In this document: positions 53,616-64,000 of the stretch, in pieces
Layout of the letters: every line of letters begins with the position of its first letter
Position numbering within the stretch: the first letter of the stretch is position 1
Assembly: GCA_963754875.1 (NCBI GenBank)
Contig: CAVWHO010000021.1
Span: 160,001-224,000, forward strand
Source of the DNA: Nitrospirota bacterium
GTDB taxonomy: Bacteria; Nitrospirota; UBA9217
DNA length: 64,000 nt
Direction of reading: 5' to 3'
Notes under the pieces: model-generated
Seen by the model: only the letters and a program-made list of their open reading frames with translations
Databases searched by the model: none
Told to the model about the DNA's origin: nothing
Translations under genes and position numbers: made by a program

Positions 53616-56600
53616 GATGTATGATACTCCTGAATAGACTTGACTTGCATGGGATTTGCCTTTATCGCCGAGATGCCGTGCACCGCGGCCTTTGCAGCTG
53701 AAATCGTCGTAAAATAGGGGATGCCTTTGACCAGCGTGGTTCTCCGTATCGAGTAGGAATCCTTCTGCGACTGGGCGCCGTACACCGTATTGATCACGAG
53801 GTCGATCTTCATGTCCGTTATCTGGTCCACGATGTGCGGCCGTCCCTCGGTCACCTTGTTCACGGTCTCGACGGTGATGCCCCGTTTCCTGAGATAATCG
53901 GCGGTGCCCCGCGTGGCCACGATCTGGAACCCTGCTTTTTCGAGTCCCTGCGCCACTTCAAGCACGCCCGCCTTGTCCTTGTCCTTCACGCTCAGGAAGA
54001 CCCGTCCCGACACGGGCATGGGGTTGCCCGCAGCCATCTGGGACTTTGCAAAGGACATGCCGAAGTCCATGTCGATGCCCATCACCTCGCCGGTGGACTT
54101 CATCTCCGGTCCGAGCAGCGTGTCCACGCCCGGAAACTTGGCAAAGGGAAAGACCGCTTCCTTGACCGCGATATGCTTGATCGTGACCGGCTTGGTGAAA
54201 CCGAGTTCAGTGAGCGTCTTGCCGGCCATGACCCGCGCAGCCAGCTTGGCCACGGGACGCCGATGGCTTTGCTCACAAAAGGCACGGTCCGGGATGCCCG
54301 GGGGTTGACCTCAAGCACATAGATCCTGCCTTCTTTTACCGCGAACTGGATGTTCATGAGACCGACCACACCGAGTTCAAGGGCAAGCGCCTTGGCCTGA
54401 CGGTCGATTTCCTCGATGATGTTCCGGGAAAGCGAGAACGGCGGGAGCGAACATGCCGAGTCGCCGGAATGTACGCCGGCTTCTTCGATATGCTCCATGA
54501 TGCCGGCAACGACGACCATCTTCCCGTCGGAGATCGCGTCCACATCGATCTCGATGGCGTCTTCAAGATACTTATCGACGAGGACCGGCCGTTCGGGCGA
54601 CGCCTTTACCGCCCGGGTCATATAGTTCCGGACGCTGTCTTCGTCGTACACGATCTCCATGGCCCTCCCGCCGAGCACATAGGAAGGACGGACCATGACG
54701 GGATACCCGATGCGGTTCGCGGCGTCCACTGCCTCGTCGCAGGACACTGCCGTGCCGCTTTCCGCCTGGAGGAGACCCAGTTTGTCGAGCAGTTCCTTGA
54801 ACCGCTTCCGGTCTTCGGCCCGGTCGATGCTGTCCGGCGTCGTGCCGAGGATCTGCACCCCTTCTTTCTCCAGCGGCACGGCGAGTTTGAGCGGCGTCTG
54901 GCCGCCGAACTGCACGATCACGCCCATGGGTTTTTCCCGATGTATAATATGTAAAACATCTTCCAGTGTCAAGGGTTCAAAGTACAGGCGGTCCGAAGTA
55001 TCATAGTCCGTGCTCACGGTCTCGGGGTTGCAGTTCACCATGATCGTTTCATAGCCGTCCTCCTTGAGTGCAAAGGCAGCATGGACGCAGCAGTAATCGA
55101 ACTCGATGCCCTGCCCGATCCTGTTCGGACCTCCGCCGAGGATCACGATTTTCTTCCGATCGGTCGGATTCGCCTCGCACTCGGCTTTCCCCGGCCCCCT
55201 GCCCCCGGTCTCCTGAATTTTATAGAACGGCTTTTCAAAGGTCGAATACAGGTACGGCGTATGGGCCTCGAACTCGGCTGCACAGGTATCCACGGTCTTG
55301 AACACCGGCAGGATGCCGAGATCATAGCGTGTTTTTCGAACCGCATCTTCGGTGGTCGTAAACAATCTGGCCAGTCTTCGGTCGGAGAAGCCGTATTCCT
55401 TTGCCCGTCGTAACGGATGATCAAGCGAAGCAGATTTATCGTTCAAGATGCTCGCCCCGTTGTCCTGCAGCTCTTTCTCAAGGTCTGTGATCTGCTTGAC
55501 CTGGTGCAGGAACCAGGGATCGATCTTCGAGAGGTTGTAAACTTCGTCCACGCCCATGCCGAGCCGGAAGCCGTCAGCGATATACCAGATCCGTTCCCAG
55601 TTCGGGACACTGATCTTCTGTCGGATCTCGTCTATGCCATGCTCAACGTCGCCGTCCCGGTCGCGGCGCGATTCAAGACCATAGCGGTCGATCTCGAGCG
55701 AACGAAGCGCCTTCTGGAGTGATTCCTTGAACGTCCTGCCGATGGACATGGCCTCGCCCACGGACTTCATCTGTGTCGTGAGCGTGGCATCGGCTTGCGG
55801 AAATTTTTCAAAAGCAAAGCGCGGAAATTTGGTGACCACATAATCGATGGTCGGCTCGAACGAGGCGGGAGTCGCCTTGGTGATATCGTTCGTGATCTCG
55901 TCGAGCGTAAACCCTACAGCCAGCTTGGCGGCGATCTTGGCAATGGCAAAACCCGTGGCCTTGGACGCCAGGGCCGAGCTCCGGGAAACACGCGGATTCA
56001 TCTCGATAATGACCATCCTGCCGTTGTCCGGGTTGATGCCGAACTGGATGTTCGACCCGCCCGTGTCCACGCCGATCTCACGGATAATCTTGAGCGACGC
56101 GTCGCGCATGAGCTGGTACTCCTTGTCGCTCAGCGTCTGAGCAGGGGCAACGGTGATGCTGTCGCCGGTATGGATGCCCATGGGGTCGAAGTTCTCGATG
56201 GAGCATACGATCACCACATTGTCCTTGGTGTCGCGCATCACTTCGAGTTCAAACTCCTTCCAGCCTACGACCGACTCTTCAACCAATACCTGATGGACCG
56301 GGCTCGCTTCAAGACCGCGCGTGATCAGTTCCGTGAATTCCTCGCGGTTGTAAGCAATGCCGCCGCCGGTCCCTCCGAGCGTGAATGCCGGGCGAAGGAT
56401 CGCCGGGAATCCGACCGTTTCGAGGATATCGTACGCCTGGTCCAGGCTCGTGGCGAAGCCGCTCTTCGGCACCTCAAGGCCGATGTGCTCCATGGCCTTC
56501 TTGAACAGCTCGCGGTCTTCGGCTTTTTTGATCGCCGGAGCTTGGCGCCGATAAGCTCCACGTGGTACTTCTCGAGCACTCCCATTTCAGCAAGCGCCAC

Positions 56601-56897
56601 CGCCGTGTTCAGCGCAGTCTGGCCGCCCATGGTCGGAAGCAAAGCATCAGGACGCTCGCGCTCGATGATCTTTGCGACCACTGCAGCTGTGATCGGTTCG
56701 ATATAGGTGCGATGGGCCATTTCCGGATCGGTCATGATCGTTGCCGGGTTCGAGTTGACGAGCACGATCTGGTAGCCTTCTTCTTTGAGAGCTTTGCAGG
56801 CCTGCACGCCGGAGTAGTCGAACTCGCAGGCCTGTCCGATCACGATCGGCCCAGCACCGATGATCATGATTTTTTTGATATCTGTGCGTTTCGGCAT
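53612..56897 (-). CDS. carB: Carbamoyl-phosphate synthase large subunit (two frameshifts)
   Basis: MPKRTDI...[44 protein letters not shown] domain. Confidence 0.98.
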
Positions 56898-56994
56898 TTA
56901 TCCCTTCCTCACACCACGAACTCTGAACTCTGCCTACACCCAGCGCCTATGAGTGCTTAGCGCGAATGCAGGGTGTACTTTGTACCCAAAACTA

Positions 56995-57900
56995 TTATTC
57001 CAGTTCCTGCACCCACCCGTTCTCCAGCCCGTACGACTGCATGATCCGATACGCCTCGTCATACTCTTCCTCGGTGATCCTGCGCGACAGTTCCTTGATA
57101 TCGTGCGCTTTGTATGCCGGGAAGTACTGGGACATGAGGCTGATGTAGACGTCCTTCGAAATTTCTTCGGCAAGGAACTTCATGACGCCCCCCGTACCCG
57201 AGAGATGGTTGGGCAGGATAAGGTGACGTGCAATGAGCCCTCGTTTTGCCATGCCCTTTTCATCGAGCACCAGGTTGCCGACCTGGCGAAACATCTCTTT
57301 CACCGCTGCCTGATTGACGGCCCAATAGTGAGGCGCGATAGAGAAGCGCATTGCAGACCGGTCGTCCGAGTACCGCATGTCCGTCAGGTAAATATCTACG
57401 ATACCGTCGAGCAGTCTCAAGGCCTCAACCGATTCGTAGCCGCTCGAGTTGTACACGAGGGGCAGATTGAAGCCGCGTTCCCCGGCGATTCCGAGTGCCT
57501 TGAGGATCTGGGGCATGAAGTGCGTTGGCGTCACGAGATTCAGATTATGGCAGCCCTGTTCCTGAAGCCACAACATCTGGCAGGCCAGTTCAGCCGGAGT
57601 CCGCTCCGCGCCATTGCCCATCTGGCTGATCGGGTAATTCTGGCAGTACACACACTTCAGATTGCAGTTCGTGAAAAAGATCGTACCCGACCCCCGGGTG
57701 CCCGAGAGCGGCGGTTCTTCACCATGATGCGCGCTTGCGCTCGAGACCACCGGGTTCAAACCGGACCGGCAGAAACCGAGTTTGTCATTCTTTAATCGGT
57801 TCACCCCGCACTCGCGGGGGCAGGCGCGGCAGGCTTCGAGGAGCTGATAGGCCGCCTCGATCCGGCTTTGTAATTCAGTTTCCGAAATCATTGAAACCAT
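56995..57900 (-). CDS. Radical SAM protein (PflX-like)
   Basis: CRACPRECGVNR, HHGEEPPLSG, CNLKCVYCQN. Confidence 0.92.
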   Translation of the reverse strand: MVSMISETELQSRIEAAYQLLEACRACPRECGVNRLKNDKLGFCRSGLNPVVSSASAHHGEEPPLSGTRGSGTIFFTNCNLKCVYCQNYPISQMGNGAERTPAELACQMLWLQEQGCHNLNLVTPTHFMPQILKALGIAGERGFNLPLVYNSSGYESVEALRLLDGIVDIYLTDMRYSDDRSAMRFSIAPHYWAVNQAAVKEMFRQVGNLVLDEKGMAKRGLIARHLILPNHLSGTGGVMKFLAEEISKDVYISLMSQYFPAYKAHDIKELSRRITEEEYDEAYRIMQSYGLENGWVQELE

Positions 57901-57924
57901 AATACATCGACGTCGCTTCCAGTC

Positions 57925-58016
57925 CGTCATTCCCGAATGATTCTATCGGGAATCCAGTGTCTTCATCTCTCAGTAATATTCTAAGCGACTGGATTCCCGC
58001 TTTCGCGGGAATGACG
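57925..58016. repeat. REP-like double palindrome (GTCATTCCCG...GGGAATCCAG family)
   Basis: CGTCATTCCCG-n-CGGGAATCCAGT ... ACTGGATTCCCGC-TTTC-GCGGGAATGACG. Confidence 0.8.
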
Positions 58017-59165
58017 ACTCGAAGTTTTTCGTGTCTCCATGGTTAATTCTTTATGTTTCTCCATCATATCAATAAATCTCTGGAACAAATACCTGCTGTC
58101 GTGCGGCCCCGGCGACGCCTCGGGATGATACTGGACCGAGAAGGCCGGAAGCGTCTTGTGCTGGAACCCCTCGCAGGTCCGGTCGTTCAGGTTCATGTGC
58201 GTCATCACGACCTGGTCTTTCACCGTCTCCATATCAACGGCGAACCCGTGGTTCTCAGCCGCGATCTCTACCTTCCGCGTGGTAAGATCCATGATCGGCT
58301 GGTTGCCGCCGTGGTGTCCGAACTTGAGTTTGTAGGTCTTCCCGCCGAGCGCAAGCCCCAGGAGTTGCTGGCCCAGGCAGATCCCGAAGACGGGCTTCTT
58401 CCCGAGCAACTTCCTGATGTTCTCGATGGCATAGGTAACGGGATCGGGATCGCCGGGCCCATTCGACAGGAAAACGCCGTCAGGGTTCATGGCGAGGACT
58501 TTCTCGGCAGACAGGGTCGCGGGCACCACGGTCACGTCGCAGCCTGCCTGGGTCAGAAGACGCAGGATGTTCCGCTTGATGCCGTAATCATAAGCCACGA
58601 CCTTGTAGCGCGACTTTGGCTTCTTCGCATACCCGGTGGCGATGTCCCAATCTCCCTGTTCCCAGGTATAGGGCTCCTTGCAGGTCACGTCCTTTGCGAG
58701 ATCGAGGCCGCTCATCTTCGGGAGCGCCTGTGCCTTGGCAACCAGGCTCTCCGGATTTCCGTCTTTGGTCGAAATCACTCCCGGTTGCGCGCCGAAGTCG
58801 CGGAGATGGCGTGTCAGCGCCCGTGTATCGATCCCCTGAATCCCCACGATGCCGTTCTCCTGCAGGTAGAGCCGGAGGGATTTCTTTGAACGCCAATTGC
58901 TCGGGATATCGAGACCCTCTTTTACGATGAACCCTTCGACATAGGGTTTAACGGACTCGACATCTTCTTCATTCACGCCGTAGTTCCCGATCTGGGGGTA
59001 GGTCATCGTCACGATCTGGCCTTTATACGAGGGATCGGTCAGGATCTCCTGGTAACCGGTCATGCTCGTATTGAACACGATCTCTCCGGATGTCTCGCCT
59101 TCCGCTCCGAAGGAGTGTCCTTCGAACACCAAACCGTCAGCCAATGCAAGAATCGCTTTTTTCAT
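57981..59165 (-). CDS. carA: Carbamoyl-phosphate synthase small subunit
   Basis: [41 protein letters not shown]. Confidence 0.99.
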   Translation of the reverse strand: MKKAILALADGLVFEGHSFGAEGETSGEIVFNTSMTGYQEILTDPSYKGQIVTMTYPQIGNYGVNEEDVESVKPYVEGFIVKEGLDIPSNWRSKKSLRLYLQENGIVGIQGIDTRALTRHLRDFGAQPGVISTKDGNPESLVAKAQALPKMSGLDLAKDVTCKEPYTWEQGDWDIATGYAKKPKSRYKVVAYDYGIKRNILRLLTQAGCDVTVVPATLSAEKVLAMNPDGVFLSNGPGDPDPVTYAIENIRKLLGKKPVFGICLGQQLLGLALGGKTYKLKFGHHGGNQPIMDLTTRKVEIAAENHGFAVDMETVKDQVVMTHMNLNDRTCEGFQHKTLPAFSVQYHPEASPGPHDSRYLFQRFIDMMEKHKELTMETRKTSSRHSRESGNPVA

Positions 59166-59207
59166 TTCCGTCCTTCCAATCCGAAATCTTCGATCCTACA
59201 TCCGTAA

Positions 59208-60068
59208 TCAGAACCTGTCCCGAACCCCGCCGTTACTGTCGATTACTTCGCCCCGCACGTTATCACCGTCAACAGTCACCACGATGAAGTGATAAAACCC
59301 TCCGCTGTTCTCATCGGCGTACAGGGGGGCGCCGCCCCCGCCGGTGATGATGTGGATGATGCCGTCTACCGTCTTTCGATGGTAGAGGTGTTCATGCCCG
59401 GCGAACACGACGTCTACCCCGTCTTTCACGAAGAGCGCTTCCAGCCTGTCCCGCTCCATCGTAAGCTCATCGTCGCCATTTCCTTCACCTTGTTCTGTTC
59501 TTAATACGGGATAGAGGGGGTGGTGAAGAAACACAAATTTGTGTTTCTGTTCCGCATGCACGAGCACTCCTTCGAGCCATGCGTATTGATCGCCGGTGAC
59601 GCGCTCCTCCTGATCAGGAAGAGAAGTATCGAGCACGATAAAAAGTGAGTTCCCCGCCGTGAAAGAGTAGTACAACTCTTTTCCGGGCAGATGGACTTGT
59701 TCTTTATAGATCTTTTCACTCTCCGGGACCCTCGTGCTCACATCGTGATTGCCGACGGTCAGGTAGTATGGGACCGAAATGGGCCTGGACATCTCCCAGA
59801 AGGTGCTCCACTCTGTTAAATCTCCCGGTGTCTTTATCACATCTCCCACATTGACGATAAAATCAGGATTCCGCTTTATTGCCATGGACACAATCCTGCG
59901 ATATATATCATCGCCGGAGCGGTTGTCGCCGAGCACGACAAACCTCAAATGATTCTGCTGGCCTTGCTCTGCAACCTGCTTTTGCCCGACCTGGCGGGTC
60001 GTTAGAGCACAGGACGAAACAGTCATCAGCAGGAACGACAATATCAACAACAACCATTTTTTCGACAT
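59208..60068 (-). CDS. Calcineurin-like metallophosphoesterase, predicted lipoprotein
   Basis: Signal ending VSSC; GD, GD, GNHD, HH, GHEH motifs. Confidence 0.9.
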   Translation of the reverse strand: MSKKWLLLILSFLLMTVSSCALTTRQVGQKQVAEQGQQNHLRFVVLGDNRSGDDIYRRIVSMAIKRNPDFIVNVGDVIKTPGDLTEWSTFWEMSRPISVPYYLTVGNHDVSTRVPESEKIYKEQVHLPGKELYYSFTAGNSLFIVLDTSLPDQEERVTGDQYAWLEGVLVHAEQKHKFVFLHHPLYPVLRTEQGEGNGDDELTMERDRLEALFVKDGVDVVFAGHEHLYHRKTVDGIIHIITGGGGAPLYADENSGGFYHFIVVTVDGDNVRGEVIDSNGGVRDRF

Positions 60069-60269
60069 GCTCACTGTATCTCAACCCCCCATGTCAACGA
60101 GTGCCATCCGGTCTCAGCAGGCTTCCCGTATCGGTCATCTGCCTTCCGCATTACAGCCTTCTACCTGCAATCGTCTGAATTGCTTTTCCCTTGAGGCACG
60201 TATGCCTCACGAACTTGCAAACCTGACTCTCTTTCCCGGTGCCTTCTGCATCATCAGCGGTGAACCATT

Positions 60270-61154
60270 CTAAAAAGTGTCTCGTATCTTCCCCTGCAGG
60301 TCTACTACTTCACCACTCACCCTGTCGTTATCAACAGTCACCACGATAAAGTGGTTAAATGCGCCGTCCTCATCCTTCCCGTACAGCGGAGCTCCTCCGC
60401 CGCCGGTTATGATATGCGTGATGCCATCGACGGTTTTTCGTTGATAAAAATGTTCGTGGCCGCAGAAAACGGCATCGACCTTTGATTTCACGAAGAGCGC
60501 TTCCAGCCAGTCCCGGTCCTCTGGATACAGATCCAGGCTGACGCCTGAATGTACTCCTTTTCCCGGAACGGTATAAAGCGGGTGATGAACAAAGACGAAT
60601 TTGTGCTTATAGTCGGATATTGCCAGGACATCTTCGAGCCATTTGAGTTGTTCACCAATGACCCTTTTTTCCTGATCATCGATAAAAGAGTCGAGCACGA
60701 TGAACAGCGAATTTCCTGCTGTAAAAGAATAATAAAGCTCGTTCCCGGGAAGGTCCACTTCCTGTTTGTACACCTTCTCGCTGAACGGCACCTTGGAATA
60801 AACATCATGGTTGCCGACGGTCAGGAAATAGGGCACCGTTATCGGTTTTGACATTTTCCAGAACTTCGCCCAGTCTTTTTTATTTCCCGGAGTTGCGATC
60901 ATGTCGCCAGTATTGACGACGAAAACAGGCTTACGTTCCATTGCCATGACAACAAGCTTCCTATATATATCATCGCCGGAGCGGTTATCGCCGATTACGA
61001 CGAAGGTGAATTTGCCCTGCGGCTTCCCCAGGTCGGCGAGTTTCCGGACAATATGCTGGTCTTGGGCAGCGAAGACGGTCCCGGCCGCGGACAAGATCAG
61101 AAAGAGAAGCGCAATAATTTTTCCCTTTCGTATTCCGCGTCCCCCATCCCGCAT
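60270..61154 (-). CDS. Calcineurin-like metallophosphoesterase, exported (paralog)
   Basis: Signal peptide; GDNRSG, GNHD, GHEH; ATG overlaps the pyrC stop (TAATG). Confidence 0.9.
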   Translation of the reverse strand: MRDGGRGIRKGKIIALLFLILSAAGTVFAAQDQHIVRKLADLGKPQGKFTFVVIGDNRSGDDIYRKLVVMAMERKPVFVVNTGDMIATPGNKKDWAKFWKMSKPITVPYFLTVGNHDVYSKVPFSEKVYKQEVDLPGNELYYSFTAGNSLFIVLDSFIDDQEKRVIGEQLKWLEDVLAISDYKHKFVFVHHPLYTVPGKGVHSGVSLDLYPEDRDWLEALFVKSKVDAVFCGHEHFYQRKTVDGITHIITGGGGAPLYGKDEDGAFNHFIVVTVDNDRVSGEVVDLQGKIRDTF

Positions 61155-62418
61155 TACAGCCGCCCTCCCACAATAGTCTGCACAGCTTTCCCCTTGAGCT
61201 TCCACCCGTTGAACGGCGTATTCTTTGACCTGGACTTGAAACGCGATGAATCTACAACCCATTCTTCGGAATGATCAATGATGGTAATGTCCGCACTGGA
61301 GCCCGGAGAGAGTGTCCCTTTGTCGATCCTGAGTATTGTGGCCGGTTTAACGCTGAATTTTGCGATAGTTTCAGAAAGCGTGAGAACCCCTTCCTCCGCG
61401 AGCTTCAACGCAAGTCCGAACGCGGTTTCTAGCCCCACGATGCCGAAGGCCGCGTAATCGAACTCGCCGGTTTTTTCGTCCGCTGCGTGGGGAGCATGGT
61501 CGGTCGCGATCACATCGATCGTACCGTCCTTGAGGCCCTGCTTGATCGCCGCAACGTCATCGGCCGTGCGAAGCGGCGGGTTCATTTTTGCCATGGTATT
61601 GTAACCCCGCACCGCTTCTTCAGTCAAAGAAAAGTAGTGAGGACAGGTCTCTGCCGTTACTTTGACGCCGCGGGACTTCGCATCACGTATCATGCGCACT
61701 GCCCCGGCGGTGCTCACATGGGCGATGTGCAGCCTGGCGCCGGTCAGCTCAGCCAGGGAAATGTCCCTGCCCGTCATGACGTCTTCGGCCGCGCAGGGTA
61801 TTCCCCTGAGGCCGAGTTCGGTAGATACAACGCCTTCATTCATCACGCCTTTTGCCGCCAGCGTTATGTCCTCGCAGTGGGAGATAACGAGCATGTCGAA
61901 GATTTTCGAATACTCCAGGGCCCGCCGCATGATGGACGCGTTCATCACCGGCTTGCCGTCGTCGGAGATTGCGGAAGCATCCCGCTGCATGGAGTTCGCC
62001 CATCTCGGCAAGCTCCTCGCCTTTTGAGCCTTTGGTAATAGCACCGATGGGAAAGACACGGGCCGCAGCATCCTTTGCCTGAGAAAGGATGAATTCAGTG
62101 ACCGAACGGTTATCGTTTATCGGGTTGGTGTTCGGCATGCAGCAGACCGACGTGAATCCGCCTGCCTTTGCCGAGGCCGTGCCGGTCGCGATCGTTTCCT
62201 TGTATTCGAATCCCGGTTCGCGCAGGTGCACGTGCATGTCGATGAGGCCCGGCACGACAAGTTTGTTTGCGGCATCGATGACCTGAGCGCCGTTCGCCTG
62301 AGATCGAACCCGGCTTCCCGAGTTTGGCGATCTTGCCGTCCGATACCAGGATGTCGAGCTTTTCGTCAACCTTGTTTGCGGGATCGATGATGTGACCGTT
62401 TTTGATAAAGATATTCAT
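61154..62418 (-). CDS. pyrC: Dihydroorotase (frameshifted)
   Basis: [32 protein letters not shown]. Confidence 0.96.
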
Positions 62419-62532
62419 TGTGGGCACCTAATTGAAAATCAGCCTAGGAGAAAGGGAGAAGGTACAGCGAAAGGGGGATAAAAACAGAGCCCTCTTTACT
62501 TTGCTCTTTCTCCATTTCTCCTAATCGCTTTT

Positions 62533-63463
62533 TCAGCTTTCTGCTTTCGTACCGCCGGACAGCAGGAACATCACCGCCATCCTGACAGCCACGCCGTTCG
62601 TGACCTGGTCGAGAATGACCGGCGTCGTGTCTGCGACTTCCGACGATATTTCCACTCCCCGGTTCATGGGACCGGGATGCATGACGAGCGCATGCTTCGC
62701 AGCCCGTTCCAGGCGCTTGGGATTGAGCCCGTACAGACTTGCGTATTCGCGCACCCCCGGGAAGAGACCGGCAGCCTGGCGTTCGAGCTGGAGCCGGAGC
62801 ATCATCACCACGTCCGCTCCTTCGATTGCTTTGTCCATATCGTAGTAAACCTGCGCTCCCAGGCACTCGATGCCCGGCGGGACCATGGTGGGAGGACCGC
62901 AGACCCGGACCTTTGCGCCCATGGTCGTGAGACCGTACATGTTGGACCGTCGCGACCCGGCTGTGCATGATGTCGCCGACGATGGCCACGTTCAGCCCGT
63001 CGAGCTTGCCGAGCTTTTCCCTGATCGTGAACATGTCGAGGAGCCCCTGCGTGGGGTGCTCGTGGGCACCGTCTCCGGCATTGATCACCGAACTCTTGAG
63101 CCTTTTGGAAAGATATTCCGGAGCGCCCGAGCAGGAGTGGCGGACAATGATGATATCGCACTTCATGGCTTCGATGTTCCGGGCCGTATCGAGCAGGGTC
63201 TCGCCCTTGGTCACGCTGCTGGTCGACGTGGAGATGTTGATCACGTCGGCCGAAAGCCGTTTTCCTGCAAGTTCAAAGGACGTCCGCGTACGGGTGCTCG
63301 CTTCGTAGAAGAGGTTGATGACCGTCTTGCCGCGGAGCGTCGGCACTTTCTTGATGTCCCGCTCGGACACGTCCTTGAACGTCGCGGCAGTGTCGAGGAT
63401 GAGTTTGATCTCATCAGCGGTCATGCCTTTGATGCCGAGCAGGTCTTTTGTACTGAGTGACAT
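62533..63463 (-). CDS. pyrB: Aspartate carbamoyltransferase catalytic subunit (frameshifted)
   Basis: [24 protein letters not shown]. Confidence 0.97.
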
Positions 63464-63544
63464 AAGTTTAACCTTCGCGGGGTGCGGCCTGAAGTTGTCG
63501 TATTTCCAGGACCCTTGCTACTCGACCCTTGACCCCTTGCTTTT

Positions 63545-64000
63545 TCATTCTCCGAGGATCACAACCTTTTCTTCCCCGCCGTCCTCGGCAAGCATGACTT
63601 CCACCTTTTCCCGGGACGAAGTCGGCAGGTTCTTGCCCACAAAATCGGCGCGGATCGGAAGCTCACGGTGTCCCCGGTCCACGAGGACCGCGAGCTGGAT
63701 GCGCTTCGGCCTGCCGTAGTCCATGACGCTGTTCAATGCCGCCCGGATGGTCCTGCCGGTAAAAACCACATCGTCCACCAGGACCATGATCTTGTCCTGA
63801 ATATCGAAGGTGATGTCCGTGGCCTGAGGAACGGGCTGGGACTTGCGCGTTGACAGATCGTCGCGGTACATGGTGATGTCCAGGCTTCCGACCGGGACCT
63901 CTACTTTCTCGATTTCCAGGATTTTTGCAGCCAGGCGCCTGGCAAGGTGAACTCCGCCCCGCTGGATGCCGACCAGCACGAGCTCGCCGGCCCCCTTGTT
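63545..64000 (-). CDS. pyrR: PyrR regulator/uracil phosphoribosyltransferase (5' end beyond window)
   Basis: [39 protein letters not shown]. Confidence 0.97.
   Translation of the reverse strand, partial: NKGAGELVLVGIQRGGVHLARRLAAKILEIEKVEVPVGSLDITMYRDDLSTRKSQPVPQATDITFDIQDKIMVLVDDVVFTGRTIRAALNSVMDYGRPKRIQLAVLVDRGHRELPIRADFVGKNLPTSSREKVEVMLAEDGGEEKVVILGE

Overview
Chromosomal window from a bacterium that looks Nitrospirota/Desulfobacterota-like (inferred from gene order and protein similarity only). Nearly all genes are on the minus strand. Core blocks are rimP-nusA-ylxR/Q-infB-DUF503-rbfA-nrnA-truB-rpsO-pnp, ccsA-hemA-hemC-cobA/hemD-iscA-hemB, lysS-lolE-lolD, purC, a UbiD-type decarboxylase, type IV pilus genes pilB-pilT-pilC-pilS-pilR, and pyrR-pyrB-pyrC-carA-carB-greA-pyrK-pyrD followed by a heme-motif sensor kinase and a sigma54 regulator. 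Many essential genes carry single-base frameshifts, most likely long-read indel errors. The accessory part is an ~11 kb island (37054-48097) integrated in tRNA-Thr(CGT). It contains: two apparently identical IS200-type (tnpA-only) elements bracketing a surface lipoprotein gene; a c-di-GMP-I riboswitch whose expression platform is interrupted by one IS; an internally deleted tyrosine-recombinase/IS91-like element with 20-bp inverted ends; a HigBA-like pair with a doubly inactivated toxin (nonsense codon plus IS630); a single-hairpin mini-element; and two integron cassettes with attC sites but no intI. Intergenic spacers of the core operons carry 7-nt-period repeats and several palindromic repeat families. 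Coordinates were counted by eye; ends of frameshifted genes are approximate.
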